Positions 21,378 through 33,770 of a stretch of 64,000 nucleotides of DNA are shown here, piece after piece. The notes under the pieces are model-generated. The model made no database searches. It was not told where the DNA came from and saw only the letters and a program-made list of their open reading frames with translations. Numbering within the stretch: position 1 is the first letter of the stretch; the number at the start of each line of letters is the position of its first letter. A program made the translations under genes and the position numbers. Origin of the DNA: Acidimicrobiales bacterium (GTDB taxonomy: Bacteria; Actinomycetota; Acidimicrobiia; Acidimicrobiales; MedAcidi-G1). The stretch covers positions 912 to 64,911 of the forward strand of contig JASLTU010000004.1 in NCBI GenBank assembly GCA_030742755.1. The letters are read 5' to 3'.

Positions 21378-23924
21378 TTGTTTGAACGGTTCACAGATAG
21401 GGCTCGTCGTGTAGTTGTATTAGCGCAAGAAGAAGCGCGTCTGCTAAATCATAATTACATTGGCACTGAGCATATTTTACTTGGGCTTATCCATGAGGGA
21501 GAAGGAGTTGCCGCTAAGGCGCTCGAGTCCTTAGGGATTTCACTTGAAGGTGTACGTGGTCAAGTAGAGGAATTGATTGGACAAGGTGGGAGTTCTCCGA
21601 GTGGTCACATACCGTTCACACCCCGCGCAAAGAAAGTTTTAGAACTGTCCTTGAGGGAAGCACTTCAATTAGGCCATAACTATATTGGCACCGAACATAT
21701 ACTTTTGGGTTTGATACGCGAAGGGGAAGGAGTGGCAGCTCAAGTATTAGTTAAGTTGGGTGCAGATTTATCTAGAGTTCGTCAGCAAGTGATCCAACTT
21801 CTTTCAGGTTATGCCGGATCAGGAGGTCCGATGGGGGCTGCATCTGAGAAAGCTGGTGCTACTGCTGGAGGTAGAGGAACCGAATCGCAGTCAGGTTCTC
21901 TTGTCTTAGATCAATTTGGAAGGAATTTAACTCAAGCTGCAACAGAAAAAAAATTAGATCCAGTAATTGGTCGAAAGCGCGAATTGGAACGCGTTATGCA
22001 GGTTCTTTCACGTCGTACAAAGAACAATCCAGTGCTCGTAGGAGAACCAGGTGTAGGTAAGACGGCCATTGTTGAAGGTCTTGCTCAAATGGTTGCAGGA
22101 GGAGATGTACCAGAGACGATTCAAGGAAAGCAAATTTACACTCTGGATTTAGGTGCCTTGGTAGCAGGAAGCCGTTATAGGGGTGATTTTGAAGAACGTC
22201 TCAAGAAAGTTTTAAAAGAAATAAAAACAAGAGGCGACATCATCTTGTTTATTGATGAAATTCATACTTTAGTTGGAGCCGGTGCTGCAGAAGGAGCAAT
22301 CGACGCAGCTTCCATTCTAAAACCGATGTTGGCTAGAGGTGAACTACAGACAATTGGTGCAACAACTTTGGAAGAATATAGAAAACATATAGAAAAAGAT
22401 GCTGCGTTGGAAAGACGCTTTCAACCAATAACTGTTGATGAACCTGATGTTGCTCACACTATTGAAATACTTAAAGGTTTAAGAGAGAGGTATGAATCGC
22501 ATCATCGAGTGACAATCACTGATCAAGCTCTTATAGCAGCAGCTAATCTAGCTGATCGTTATATTTCTGATCGCCATCTTCCAGATAAAGCAATTGATTT
22601 AATTGATGAGGCTGGTTCCCGTCTTCGTCTCAGACGTATGAACACTCCGGATGATTTAAGGGAACTTGAAATTGAATTAGCTGAAGTTGTTCAGCGTAAA
22701 AAAGCAGCTGTTGAATCTCAAGATTTTGAGGAAGCAGGAAACCTGCGTGACCGAGAGAAAGAACTAATCTCAAGCAAGTCTGAAAGAGAAGAAGAGATTA
22801 AATCATCAGGTGTCGACCTCTTTGACGAAGTGGATGAAGAGTGTATAGCGGAAGTTCTATCAGTATGGACAGGTATACCTGTTTATAAATTGACTGAGGA
22901 AGAAACTCAGAAACTTCTTCACATGGAAGACGATCTTCATAAGAGAGTTATAGGGCAGGAAGACGCTATACATGCAGTCAGCCAAGCGATTAGAAGAACT
23001 AGAGCCGGTTTAAAAGACCCGAAACGACCATCAGGATCGTTTGTTTTTCTAGGACCTTCAGGAGTCGGTAAAACAGAATTAGCTAAAACGTTGGCAGAGT
23101 TCCTTTTTGGTGATGAACAGGCTCTGATATCTCTTGATATGTCTGAATATATGGAAAAGCATACGGTGAGCAGACTTTTGGGTTCACCTCCAGGATACGT
23201 AGGGTATGACGAAGGAGGTCAACTTACAGAAGCGGTAAGAAGGAAACCTTTTTCTGTAGTTCTTTTTGACGAAGTTGAAAAGGCGCACCCTGATGTTTTC
23301 AACACATTATTGCAGATACTTGAAGAAGGTAGACTTACAGATTCTCAAGGGCGGTCAGTTGATTTCCGAAACACTGTATTGATCATGACATCTAACCTAG
23401 GTACAGCAGATCTACGTAAAGCCAACTTAGGTTTCACTAAGGCCGATGAAGCTGTCAGTTATGAGAGGATGAAAGAAAAAGTCCAAGATGCTTTGAAACT
23501 TCATTTCCGACCAGAGTTTCTTAACCGAATTGACGAAACAATTGTTTTCCATGAGTTAACTATGGAAGAAGTAACAAGAATTGTTGATTTGATGATCGGC
23601 CGTTTATCTAATCAATTAGCTGGACAAGGAATGGGCTTGGAGTTGACTGACTCGGTCAAACATCATCTAGCTGAACATGGTTATGACCCAACATTGGGTG
23701 CTAGACCCTTAAGGCGAGCCATCCAAAGACTCATAGAAGATCCACTTTCAGAACGCTTACTACATAAAGAATTCAAAGCAGGTGAGATCATAATAGTGGA
23801 CGTAGAAGATGTTCCAGAGGAAGATGCTGACGATTCTACATATGAAGGCAAGAGGGTAGTTTTCCGATCAACTGCAGGATTTGAACCGCCTACCATGGAG
23901 ATGGTAACTGAGGGAGTTGAATAG
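21378..23924 (+). CDS. clpC: ATP-dependent Clp protease ATP-binding subunit ClpC
   Basis: (M)[20 protein letters not shown], two Walker A motifs ([16 protein letters not shown]), UVR-like coil; TTG start after GGGAG. Confidence 0.97.
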   Translation: MFERFTDRARRVVVLAQEEARLLNHNYIGTEHILLGLIHEGEGVAAKALESLGISLEGVRGQVEELIGQGGSSPSGHIPFTPRAKKVLELSLREALQLGHNYIGTEHILLGLIREGEGVAAQVLVKLGADLSRVRQQVIQLLSGYAGSGGPMGAASEKAGATAGGRGTESQSGSLVLDQFGRNLTQAATEKKLDPVIGRKRELERVMQVLSRRTKNNPVLVGEPGVGKTAIVEGLAQMVAGGDVPETIQGKQIYTLDLGALVAGSRYRGDFEERLKKVLKEIKTRGDIILFIDEIHTLVGAGAAEGAIDAASILKPMLARGELQTIGATTLEEYRKHIEKDAALERRFQPITVDEPDVAHTIEILKGLRERYESHHRVTITDQALIAAANLADRYISDRHLPDKAIDLIDEAGSRLRLRRMNTPDDLRELEIELAEVVQRKKAAVESQDFEEAGNLRDREKELISSKSEREEEIKSSGVDLFDEVDEECIAEVLSVWTGIPVYKLTEEETQKLLHMEDDLHKRVIGQEDAIHAVSQAIRRTRAGLKDPKRPSGSFVFLGPSGVGKTELAKTLAEFLFGDEQALISLDMSEYMEKHTVSRLLGSPPGYVGYDEGGQLTEAVRRKPFSVVLFDEVEKAHPDVFNTLLQILEEGRLTDSQGRSVDFRNTVLIMTSNLGTADLRKANLGFTKADEAVSYERMKEKVQDALKLHFRPEFLNRIDETIVFHELTMEEVTRIVDLMIGRLSNQLAGQGMGLELTDSVKHHLAEHGYDPTLGARPLRRAIQRLIEDPLSERLLHKEFKAGEIIIVDVEDVPEEDADDSTYEGKRVVFRSTAGFEPPTMEMVTEGVE

Positions 23925-24011
23925 AAATTTGTCGGCTATTTAACTCCATCAAGGAGTTCTATTTAGCTAGTTTGCTAATGTTTAGAATTGGCAAATCTCC
24001 TGAAATTTAAT

Positions 24012-25460
24012 ATGAAAAAATTTTTACTTCTATTTACCTTCCTGTTTCTCATTGCTGCGTGCAAAGTTGAAAGTTCAGTATCTGTAAATGTTGAAGATGA
24101 TGGGACAGGGAGTGTAGAGGTTTCTGTTGGGCTTGATAATGAAGCAAGTCGCCTAATAGGAGATCTAGAGAAACAACTTCGAACAGAAGATTTAGTTTCC
24201 TCTGGTTGGAAAGTTTCCTTGTCTGAAGGTCAAGAAGAAAAAACTAAAATAGTTGTTTCAGCATCAAAAAATTTCACAAATGTAGATTCTTTAGTCAGTG
24301 TTTTAGAAGAGATTGCGGGGCCTACAGTTTTTTCTGAGATTAGTCTTGTGAGTGAAAAGTCATTTGCTAAGAAACTATGGATAATTGAGGGAAAGATTAA
24401 CCTCTCAGATGGCCTTGCTTTATTCTCTGATCCTGCTTTAGACGAAGTATTGGGTGGGAAATTCTTTGGAAGAAATTTAGAAGATCTTTCTTTTTTATCA
24501 GGCTGTGATGCCATTTGTGATCCTGCTGATTCCTTTTTAATGAATTTTTCAGTGTCATTACCTGGTGATGACACTGAGTTGAACAATGCTGTATGGACAG
24601 TCCCTTTAGGAGATCCGACTTCTACGCCTTTTGCAAGTTCTTCTACAATTGATTATCCAAAACCAAAGGCTTGGCGAACAGTTGCATATGTTTTTTTTGC
24701 TGCTGCTTTATTGTTTCTGCTCTTTAGAGGTTTTAGACATTTTACTTCGACTACTCGAAATGAAAGAGATTCAGAAAATTCAAGGAAACTCAATAAAACT
24801 TCAGAGATCACTGAAGATGTAACGACAAAAGAAAATGAAGAAACTGATAAAAGTGTCAGACTTGTCGTAGTAGGCGGGAAGGGTGTTATTTGGGATGGAG
24901 GAGCTGACCCTGAAGGGTTGCTGGTTCCTTTTGTCAGAGAAAATGGTGGGCTAGTTGATGCAGACGAAATCGCTGATCGTTATCGTTCGGCTAGTTTAGG
25001 TCAGTTAAGCCCCGAAGAGTTTTGGGAAAGTGTTGGACTCCAAGGTGATCCAGTTGATATTGATGCTCGGTATTTAAACCTTGTTCGACTTCGGTCTGAC
25101 GCATTACCATTTTTGGAGCAAATGAAGCGACGTGGGATTCCAGTCGCTTGTATTACTAATTCTGTTTTGTCTTGGTCTCAGCAGTTACGTGGACGGTTGG
25201 GCGTTGAAGATTACATTCAACACTGGGTTGTCAGCGGAGAATACGGTGTGAGGAAACCGAGTAATTCTATTTTTGAAGCTCTAAGACGTTTAACAGGTGT
25301 TTCTTTTTCAAACATGCTTCTTGTGGATTCTGAGATAGCAACTTTAGAGGCTGCTCGCGGTCTGGGAATGTCGACGGTTTTGATGCAAAGTCAGGTGCCA
25401 ATTCCAAGTGGGTTTACACATCCAAGGATCGAGGGTTTCGCTGAGTTGTTTGGAAAATAA
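24012..25460 (+). CDS. Lipoprotein (LppM-like) plus TM helix plus degenerate HAD-family domain
   Basis: MKKFLLLFTFLFLIAAC lipobox; V.V..DGTG motif; TM TVAYVFFAAALLFLLF; C-terminal HAD-like ITN, GVRKP, LLVDS, AARGLGM. Confidence 0.65.
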   Translation: MKKFLLLFTFLFLIAACKVESSVSVNVEDDGTGSVEVSVGLDNEASRLIGDLEKQLRTEDLVSSGWKVSLSEGQEEKTKIVVSASKNFTNVDSLVSVLEEIAGPTVFSEISLVSEKSFAKKLWIIEGKINLSDGLALFSDPALDEVLGGKFFGRNLEDLSFLSGCDAICDPADSFLMNFSVSLPGDDTELNNAVWTVPLGDPTSTPFASSSTIDYPKPKAWRTVAYVFFAAALLFLLFRGFRHFTSTTRNERDSENSRKLNKTSEITEDVTTKENEETDKSVRLVVVGGKGVIWDGGADPEGLLVPFVRENGGLVDADEIADRYRSASLGQLSPEEFWESVGLQGDPVDIDARYLNLVRLRSDALPFLEQMKRRGIPVACITNSVLSWSQQLRGRLGVEDYIQHWVVSGEYGVRKPSNSIFEALRRLTGVSFSNMLLVDSEIATLEAARGLGMSTVLMQSQVPIPSGFTHPRIEGFAELFGK

Positions 25461-25494
25461 AACTAATTCTTTTTCCTTCTAATAGGATCAATAG

Positions 25495-26157
25495 ATGCAA
25501 ATAACACTCCCTTCAGGCACAAAGGCAGTGATCGAAAAATCTGTTTCAGATAGAGGTGGAACGGGTCTTGTAATTATTCCGGACGTAATGGGTCTCCGTC
25601 CTTTGTTCTTCGACATGGCTAAGCATTTAGCTTCTGAGTGGGATATAAACGTTTGTTCTTTCGAGCTTTATCCAGAGTTAGAGCATTTAAATGTAGAAGA
25701 AAGACTTGAAGCAGCTTCGAGATTAGAGGACAGCCGAGTTGTAGGTGACGCAATAGAAGCTGCCGATGCGCTCCAAAGCGAAAAAGTCGCTATTTTGGGT
25801 TTTTGCATGGGGGGCATGTACACATTGAAAGCTGTTTCCTCCCAGAGGTTTTCTAAACATTGTTCTTTTTATGGAATGATTCGAGTGCCAGAAGCTTGGA
25901 AATCAGAAGGTCATTCAGAGCCTATTTCTTGTTTACAGAAAGGTAACGCTGAATCTGTTTTAGCGATTGTAGGAAGTGAGGATACTTGGACCCCAAAAGA
26001 AGATGTGAATCTTTTATCATCAACAGGGGTTACGGTGGTTAGCTATGAAGGAGCTGACCACGGGTTTGTGCACGATTCGTCAAGACCAGCCCACCGCCCT
26101 TTAGATGCTGCAGATGCCTGGATGAAGGCAAAAGACTGGGTGCTAGGCGATAGTTAA
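25495..26157 (+). CDS. Dienelactone hydrolase family protein
   Basis: GFCMGG nucleophile elbow, FYG, YEGADHGF. Confidence 0.9.
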   Translation: MQITLPSGTKAVIEKSVSDRGGTGLVIIPDVMGLRPLFFDMAKHLASEWDINVCSFELYPELEHLNVEERLEAASRLEDSRVVGDAIEAADALQSEKVAILGFCMGGMYTLKAVSSQRFSKHCSFYGMIRVPEAWKSEGHSEPISCLQKGNAESVLAIVGSEDTWTPKEDVNLLSSTGVTVVSYEGADHGFVHDSSRPAHRPLDAADAWMKAKDWVLGDS

Positions 26158-26825
26158 CGTGAACGAATTGTAAGTTGTTCGCGGTCAGTAATTCTGTATG
26201 TGCGGTCAAATTGTTCAATCCAGCCGAGTTTAATAAAAGACGCTATTGCTTTATTGACTCTTTCTCTCGATGCTCCAACCATTCCTGCCAGTTCTTCTTG
26301 AGTTACTGGTAAGGAAAATTCGTCTTCGTTATCAGAAATTTCAAGAAGTCTTTTTGCTGTTCTTCCAGTTACATCTAGAAAAACAGAATCCGCTAAAACC
26401 TCATCCATATTTCTTAAACGAGCCACAAGCATTGTGACGACTTCCCATAGCTGGGAGGGGTCTTTTTCGTAAAGTTTTTTTATGGGTTCGAAAGGAACTT
26501 CGATCACACATGATTCTTCTAGTGCGCGAGCTTCTGCTGATCTTCCTTTGTCATCAAATAAGCCCATTTCACCGAAAAGGTCGCCGTTTTCCATAAGAGC
26601 CACTACAGATTCTTTACCAATGAATGACTTATTTACTATGGCTATTCGACCCGATTCGACTAGAAAAAGAGAGTTAGGTTTATCATTTTCTCGAAATAAT
26701 ACGTCTCCACGTAGAAGGTCTCTTTTACTCGATGCTTTTACAATTATTCCAAGTTCTTTTTCGGTTAATTTGCCAAAAAGCATTGATTCAACAAAAAGGG
26801 TGTGATCTATCATTTCACAGGTCAT
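26154..26825 (-). CDS. Crp/Fnr family transcriptional regulator (actinobacterial Crp-like)
   Basis: cNMP domain FGEM...RSA; HTH TQEELAGMVGASRERVNKA. Confidence 0.92.
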   Translation of the reverse strand: MTCEMIDHTLFVESMLFGKLTEKELGIIVKASSKRDLLRGDVLFRENDKPNSLFLVESGRIAIVNKSFIGKESVVALMENGDLFGEMGLFDDKGRSAEARALEESCVIEVPFEPIKKLYEKDPSQLWEVVTMLVARLRNMDEVLADSVFLDVTGRTAKRLLEISDNEDEFSLPVTQEELAGMVGASRERVNKAIASFIKLGWIEQFDRTYRITDREQLTIRSR

Positions 26826-26896
26826 GCTAATACGTAGAAACTATTTAGACGAAGCAAGGAAATGTTTAAATTTTATTTCAGCTGTAAAGGGTCGGT

Positions 26897-27547
26897 ATGA
26901 AAATTTGGACAATTGTGGTAGCTGCAGGTGAAGGATTTCGTTTTGGGAGCAGGAAGCAGTTAGCTGAACTTGCAGGAATACCAGTTTTGCTTCATTCCGT
27001 CATTACTGCTTCCGCTATATCTGATGGAATAGTTGTTGTGACTTCAGAGGAAGATATTGAATTCGTTGAAAGCTGCCTTAAAAACATCGATCAATTTTGT
27101 GAAGTGGTAAAGGGGGGAGCGACTAGATCTGCTTCTGTTAGATGTGGACTGGCAAAGGTGCCGTATGACTGTGAGACGGTAATAGTCCATGATGGCGTGA
27201 GGCCTCTTGCTTCTAAAAAGCTATTTGAATTGGTTATTGAAAAAATTAAAGACGGGGCTGAAGCAGTAGTGCCTGTAGTTCCGATAACCGATTCATTGCG
27301 GTCTGTTAACGGTAAGCAGATAAATCGAGATGAAGTGGTTGCTGTCCAGACTCCACAGGCATTTAATGCGACTTTATTGCGTGAAGCTTATTTGAGTGAC
27401 GAAGATGCTACTGATGACTCCTCCTTAGTCGAATTAGCGGGCGGAACAATTGATTTTGTCGATGGTGATCCAAGTAATTTAAAGATTACAGTTAGCTCAG
27501 ATTTGTTAATTGCTGAACATTTTTTGATTGGCAAAAAACCTGTTTAG
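26897..27547 (+). CDS. ispD: 2-C-methyl-D-erythritol 4-phosphate cytidylyltransferase
   Basis: AAG.G.RFG..KQ, GGATR..SV, HDGVRP, QTPQAF, TDD, NLKIT. Confidence 0.95.
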   Translation: MKIWTIVVAAGEGFRFGSRKQLAELAGIPVLLHSVITASAISDGIVVVTSEEDIEFVESCLKNIDQFCEVVKGGATRSASVRCGLAKVPYDCETVIVHDGVRPLASKKLFELVIEKIKDGAEAVVPVVPITDSLRSVNGKQINRDEVVAVQTPQAFNATLLREAYLSDEDATDDSSLVELAGGTIDFVDGDPSNLKITVSSDLLIAEHFLIGKKPV

Positions 27548-27552
27548 AAAGG

Positions 27553-28038
27553 ATGGTTATGTCTACATTTAGAATAGGGCAGGGTTTCGACGTTCATCCT
27601 TTTTCCGGTGATGATGACCGCCCTTTGATTATTGGAGGAGAAACTCTACCCGGACCTGGCTTAGATGGCCATAGTGATGCTGATCTGTTAGCTCATGCAA
27701 CAGCTGATGCGTTATTAGGTGCTGCGGGTCTAGATGATATAGGTCAACGTTTTCCTGATGCGGATCCTTCTTTTTCGAATGCGAACAGTATGGAACTGCT
27801 AAAAAATGTTGTTGAATCATTGAATGAAGAAGGCTGGGAAATATGCAATGTTGATTGCAACGTAATCCTGGAATCTCCTAAGTTATCTCCATATAAAAAT
27901 AGTATTCAAGAACGGATGTCGAAAATTTTAAATGCTCCTATCACCGTTAAGGGTCGGAGAGCGGAAGGCTTGGGTTTCATTGGAAAAGGGGAAGGCGCTG
28001 CTTGTCTAGTAGTTGCTCTTATATCTAAACATGAATAA
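27553..28038 (+). CDS. ispF: 2-C-methyl-D-erythritol 2,4-cyclodiphosphate synthase
   Basis: RIGQGFDVH, GHSDAD, DALLGA, DIG..FP. Confidence 0.95.
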   Translation: MVMSTFRIGQGFDVHPFSGDDDRPLIIGGETLPGPGLDGHSDADLLAHATADALLGAAGLDDIGQRFPDADPSFSNANSMELLKNVVESLNEEGWEICNVDCNVILESPKLSPYKNSIQERMSKILNAPITVKGRRAEGLGFIGKGEGAACLVVALISKHE

Positions 28039-28864
28039 GAAACGTAATTATAAAGGAAACCCAAGAAGCAACAAAGGCCAGAGGGGCACTACACCTATTC
28101 GACATCAGAAGTCTCAACAAAAGGTTTTAGCAGGAGATCAAGTTGAAGGTCGTCAAGCTGTGAGGGAGTTGCTGATCGCAGGAACTCGTAAAACTCGTGA
28201 AGTTTTTTTGGCTGGAGATCTTGATGATGCTCCAATACTAGATGACATCATTGATCTAGCTGATGAAGCAAAAGTGCCGATTAAAGAGATTCCTCGAGGC
28301 CGATTTGAGTCAATGGCAAAGACGGAATCCCCGCAAGGTGTTGTTGCCTTAGCGGCACCTTTGCCAAATTATGAAATAGAAGAGTTGATTGATTCAAAAA
28401 TAGGTGGTTCAAAACCTTTCTTGCTTGTTGTGGATGGAGTTACTGATCCTGGGAATTTAGGAGCTATTTTACGTTCGGCTGAGTGCGCTGGGATTACAGG
28501 GGTGATTCTCCCACGACACCGTTCGGCCAGAGTAACTCCAGCTGTAACTAAGACCGCGGCAGGAGCAATTGAGCATCTTAGAATTGCTACAGCAAGTGGC
28601 ATACCAGCCGCTCTCGGACGTCTAAGAGAGTCTGGGATCTGGATAGTGGGATTAGATGCGGGAGGGTCGACACCTCTTTACGATCTGAAAATTGCAGATC
28701 AGCCAATTGCTTTGGTCCTGGGTTCCGAGGGACGTGGTTTATCTAGATTGACTAGAGAGCGTTGTGACGAATTGGTTCATATACCACTTAAAGGAGTTCT
28801 GGCTTCATTGAATGTTTCAACAGCAGCAGCGATTGCTGCTTTTGAAGTTTCACGGCACCGGTAA
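28031..28864 (+). CDS. rlmB: 23S rRNA (Gm2251) 2'-O-methyltransferase RlmB (SpoU family)
   Basis: DGVTDPGNLGAILRSA, GSEGRGL, SLNVSTA. Confidence 0.9.
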   Translation: MNKKRNYKGNPRSNKGQRGTTPIRHQKSQQKVLAGDQVEGRQAVRELLIAGTRKTREVFLAGDLDDAPILDDIIDLADEAKVPIKEIPRGRFESMAKTESPQGVVALAAPLPNYEIEELIDSKIGGSKPFLLVVDGVTDPGNLGAILRSAECAGITGVILPRHRSARVTPAVTKTAAGAIEHLRIATASGIPAALGRLRESGIWIVGLDAGGSTPLYDLKIADQPIALVLGSEGRGLSRLTRERCDELVHIPLKGVLASLNVSTAAAIAAFEVSRHR

Positions 28865-28868
28865 CTTG

Positions 28869-28942
28869 AGCCCGAGATCGGATTCGAACCGATGACCTGC
28901 CGCTTACAAGGCGGCTGCTCTGGCCAACTGAGCTACTCGGGC
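28869..28942 (-). tRNA. tRNA-Thr (anticodon TGT)
   Basis: Reverse complement GCCCGAGTAGCTCAGTTGGCCAGAGCAGCCGCCTTGTAAGCGGCAGGTCATCGGTTCGAATCCGATCTCGGGCT forms a full cloverleaf. Confidence 0.96.
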
Positions 28943-29105
28943 ATTTATTTATCTAGAGCTAAGTTAGCAAACTATCAGGGGGTACTTGATTATGATCCTT
29001 TATCGGAGGATGATTTGGTATAGGTTTAGATTTAAGAGAGAAGAGAATGGTGATTACAAAAAGTTCTGGTCGACAGCAGAATGCAATCGATGGAAAAGGT
29101 AGACA

Positions 29106-29732
29106 ATGAGTTTTCAATCACCTTTGGGGGGAAAGGGAATCGCACCTAGCAACTCATCTGCAGCTCCTAGGGCGTTTCTGTTAATTTTTGTAGCGTTTGT
29201 TCTTGGTCTTGTAATCTTGTGGAAAGGTTTGGATGACGATCTTCAGAACACTGCTTTAAGCTCATCAAGCTCATCAAGCTCATCTAGTGAGGTTGCAGAG
29301 GAACAACCGGCTGATTTGCCACCTTTGGATATTGAGGAAATTTCAACAACTACTGTTGTGATGGTTGAAACAACAACTACAACAAGTCAGCCGCCATTAC
29401 CGACTAGACCTCCAAGTGATGTGAAGGTTCTTGTGTTAAATGGTTCTGGTGTAGGAGGAGCTGCGGGAGCAGTTACAAATCTTCTGAAACCTCATGGATT
29501 CACAACTTTGTCACCAGCTAATGGAAACAAAGATGAAAAGTCTTGGGTTTATTACAGACCTGAATTTTCACCTGATGCAAAAGGTGTAACCGACATCCTT
29601 GGGATAATGCCCGACTTGCTTACCTCTTTCCCGACTAATGGACTTTCCGTTCCTGAAGGAAGTATGGAAAGAGTTGATACTGCAGACATAATCGTATTTC
29701 TGGGATCTGATAAAGAGATTTACGGTTCGTAA
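29106..29732 (+). CDS. Membrane-anchored LytR C-terminal domain protein
   Basis: N-terminal TM, Ser/Thr linker, VKVLVLNGSGVGGAAG...DIIVFLGSD. Confidence 0.85.
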   Translation: MSFQSPLGGKGIAPSNSSAAPRAFLLIFVAFVLGLVILWKGLDDDLQNTALSSSSSSSSSSEVAEEQPADLPPLDIEEISTTTVVMVETTTTTSQPPLPTRPPSDVKVLVLNGSGVGGAAGAVTNLLKPHGFTTLSPANGNKDEKSWVYYRPEFSPDAKGVTDILGIMPDLLTSFPTNGLSVPEGSMERVDTADIIVFLGSDKEIYGS

Positions 29733-29734
29733 AG

Positions 29735-30727
29735 GTGCGGGTTTTAGCCGCCCCAGATAAGTTTCGCGGTTCTTTAACTGCAGGAGAAGTTGCTAATGCA
29801 ATCAATAAGGCAGTTGATAGGGCTGGCGGGGTTGCTGTAAGCGCTCCACTGGCAGATGGAGGTGAAGGAACTCTGGAAGTTCTCGGAGGTCCTAATCGTA
29901 TAACTACTGTCACTGGCCCTTTGGGAAAACCTGTAGAAGCAGAATGGAGATTAGCTGATAAAACAGCAGTAATTGAAATGGCTAGAGCATCGGGTCTCAC
30001 GCTAGCAGGAGGATCTGAAGCCAATAATCCCTTAGAAGCAACAACAAAAGGTACTGGAGAATTAATTCGTTGTGCTTTAGAACAAGGAGCGAAACGTATA
30101 ATCGTTGGTCTTGGTGGTTCCGCTAGCACAGATGGTGGTTTGGAAGCTTTAAAGGCGATGGGTTCACTTGCTCGCTATAAAGGTATTGAACTTATAGCAG
30201 CGTGTGATGTCCGAACAGACTTTCTTTCTTCAGCTGATTCTTTTGCTACTCAGAAAGGAGCTTCTGCTACGCAGATAAGGTTTCTCAACCGGCGTCTAAA
30301 ACGGCTTGTTCAGATTTATGAAGAAGAATACAAAGTTTTAGTTGAAGAGATACCGGGAGGTGGGGCAGCTGGAGGTCTTGCAGGCGGGCTACTTGTTGCT
30401 GGAGCCAAATTAGTTGATGGGTTTGATTACATCGCTCAAGAAATTGGTCTCGATGAAATGATTTTAGAATCAGACATAGTGATTACAGGTGAGGGTTATC
30501 TCGATAAGACATCTTTCGAAGGGAAAGTTGTTTCAGGTGTGTGTCGTTACGCAGATGCAGCTTCAGTTCCAGTTTTTGTAATTGCAGGTGAAATTAGTGC
30601 TGAAGTTGCTGAAAAAGTTGACTGTGTTTCCTTAGTAGAAACTTTTGGTCAAGAACGCTCTTTTGCAGAGACTGAACTATGCATTGAGAGATTAGTCACT
30701 GAACGAATAGAGTCATTATCGCAATAA
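29735..30727 (+). CDS. Glycerate kinase (class I)
   Basis: APDKFRGSL, ADGGEGT, GLGGSASTDGG, ITGEG..D...FEGK. Confidence 0.92.
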   Translation: MRVLAAPDKFRGSLTAGEVANAINKAVDRAGGVAVSAPLADGGEGTLEVLGGPNRITTVTGPLGKPVEAEWRLADKTAVIEMARASGLTLAGGSEANNPLEATTKGTGELIRCALEQGAKRIIVGLGGSASTDGGLEALKAMGSLARYKGIELIAACDVRTDFLSSADSFATQKGASATQIRFLNRRLKRLVQIYEEEYKVLVEEIPGGGAAGGLAGGLLVAGAKLVDGFDYIAQEIGLDEMILESDIVITGEGYLDKTSFEGKVVSGVCRYADAASVPVFVIAGEISAEVAEKVDCVSLVETFGQERSFAETELCIERLVTERIESLSQ

Positions 30728-30815
30728 CAGTTTTATTTGAAAAAAGTTAAAAAACTTTGTTTTCTAGGTGTTTTGGCGTGAAAAAGGTTGGTTTTTTCTT
30801 CTTAGCATGATTGGA

Positions 30816-30842
30816 TTAGCAGTCTAAGCAGAAGAGTGCCAG
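30816..30842 (+). promoter_or_regulatory. CIRCE element upstream of the stand-alone groEL
   Basis: TTAGCAGTC-N9-GAGTGCCAG. Confidence 0.88.
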
Positions 30843-30881
30843 AGCACTTTTAACACGAAATCTGCTTCAATTCTTTGATGA

Positions 30882-32510
<1,629 letters not shown>

Positions 32511-32511
32511 A

Positions 32512-32904
32512 TTGATCTCAGACGAACGTTATGTGAGTCTTTCAACATGGACAAAAGAAGGAAATCGTAAAAGAACACCGGTCTGGATTGCTTTATTAGA
32601 TGATGGTCGAGTCGGCTTTACAACTGGCAAAAAGAGTTGGAAAGTTAAGCGTATTCTCCGAAACTCGAGTGTTGATCTACAGCCTTGCAATTCTAAAGGT
32701 GTGATCAAAGCCGATTCTCAAGTTTGCGAAGGTGAAGCAAGAGTAGTCGATATAGGTGAAAAAGAATATACGTTAATCACTAATGCAATCCGTAAAAAAT
32801 ATGGAATCCAATATTTGTTGATTAGTTTTTTTGGCCACTTTTCAAAAAAACATGGAGAGGGTTGTGCAATTATTATTTCTTTGGAGAAAGAGACGCTTTC
32901 TTAG
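32512..32904 (+). CDS. PPOX-class F420-dependent oxidoreductase
   Basis: YVSLSTW...G...TPVW...KVKRI.RN..V.LQPC...G...IRKKYG; TTG start 1 nt after groEL stop. Confidence 0.8.
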   Translation: MISDERYVSLSTWTKEGNRKRTPVWIALLDDGRVGFTTGKKSWKVKRILRNSSVDLQPCNSKGVIKADSQVCEGEARVVDIGEKEYTLITNAIRKKYGIQYLLISFFGHFSKKHGEGCAIIISLEKETLS

Positions 32905-33770
32905 TTTTTTGGATGAGCGTGTTGCCAGCCAAATCTACCCTTAATGCAAAGGTGCCCTTCTGTGACGGAGTGATCTGATGGAGATGTCACTTTGACAATT
33001 TTTTCATCCTGAGTATGTAATTCTAAATTGCAACCAACTCCACAAAAACCGCAAATAGTCTCAGTGACTTTTTGATTATCAGGATCCCAAGAATTATCTT
33101 CTCGCATGTCATGTTCAGTTTTAAAAACTAAGGCACCAGTAGGACAAACCCCTATGCAGTTACCACAGTAAACACAAGCGGAATCTGGTAACTCAATGTC
33201 AAATTCGGTTGAGATGTGTGCTTCAAAACCACGGCCTGCAGTAGCTATTGCAAAAGTGTGTTGAGCATCGTCACCGCATGCTTCAACACACTTATAACAG
33301 AGAATACATCTTTCATAGTCTCGAACATAAAGGTCATCTTGGATTTTTACAGGTTGTTTAGATGTTTTAATTTCACTTGAGTTACCCATGCGATCAGGGT
33401 TAGAGCCGTAATGATCCATCCATTCAAGGATTTCATTCTCTGCTCTATCCAGCTCAACTGATGAAGCCAACAATTCCAAAACCATACGTCTGCTGGTATT
33501 CACTCTTTCAGAATTGGTCGAAATCACCATCCCGTCTTCGATTGGCCGAGAACACGATGGAACCAACGCTCTGGAGCCTTCTACTTCGACTACACAAACT
33601 CTGCATACGTTTACCGGAGTTAAATTCTCTGCCCAGCAAAGCGTTGGGGTGTCTATATTGGCTTGCTTGCAGGCATCTAAGATCGTTGAACCTTCAGGAG
33701 CTGAAATTTTTTTGTCATTGAGTGTAATGTCAACGAGGGTTTCAGAATATCTTTTTGTAGTTTCACTCAT
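32901..33770 (-). CDS. Formate dehydrogenase iron-sulfur subunit (N-terminal part of FdsA/NuoG type)
   Basis: 2Fe-2S (PTLC...CRVCVVEV...SC), two ferredoxin motifs (CILCYKCVEAC, CVYCGNCIGVCP), terminal ICGFCGVGC...LCIKGRFG; ATGA overlap with upstream gene. Confidence 0.88.
   Translation of the reverse strand: MSETTKRYSETLVDITLNDKKISAPEGSTILDACKQANIDTPTLCWAENLTPVNVCRVCVVEVEGSRALVPSCSRPIEDGMVISTNSERVNTSRRMVLELLASSVELDRAENEILEWMDHYGSNPDRMGNSSEIKTSKQPVKIQDDLYVRDYERCILCYKCVEACGDDAQHTFAIATAGRGFEAHISTEFDIELPDSACVYCGNCIGVCPTGALVFKTEHDMREDNSWDPDNQKVTETICGFCGVGCNLELHTQDEKIVKVTSPSDHSVTEGHLCIKGRFGWQHAHPKN

Noticed and set aside
26801-26819. TGTGA...TCACA at the start of the crp-like gene as an autoregulatory CRP site
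   Set aside because: The spacer is 9 nt, not the required 6
29258-29284. (AAGCTCATC)x3 repeat as a phase-variation tract
   Set aside because: In-frame 9-mer encoding a poly-Ser linker; copy change would not shift the frame
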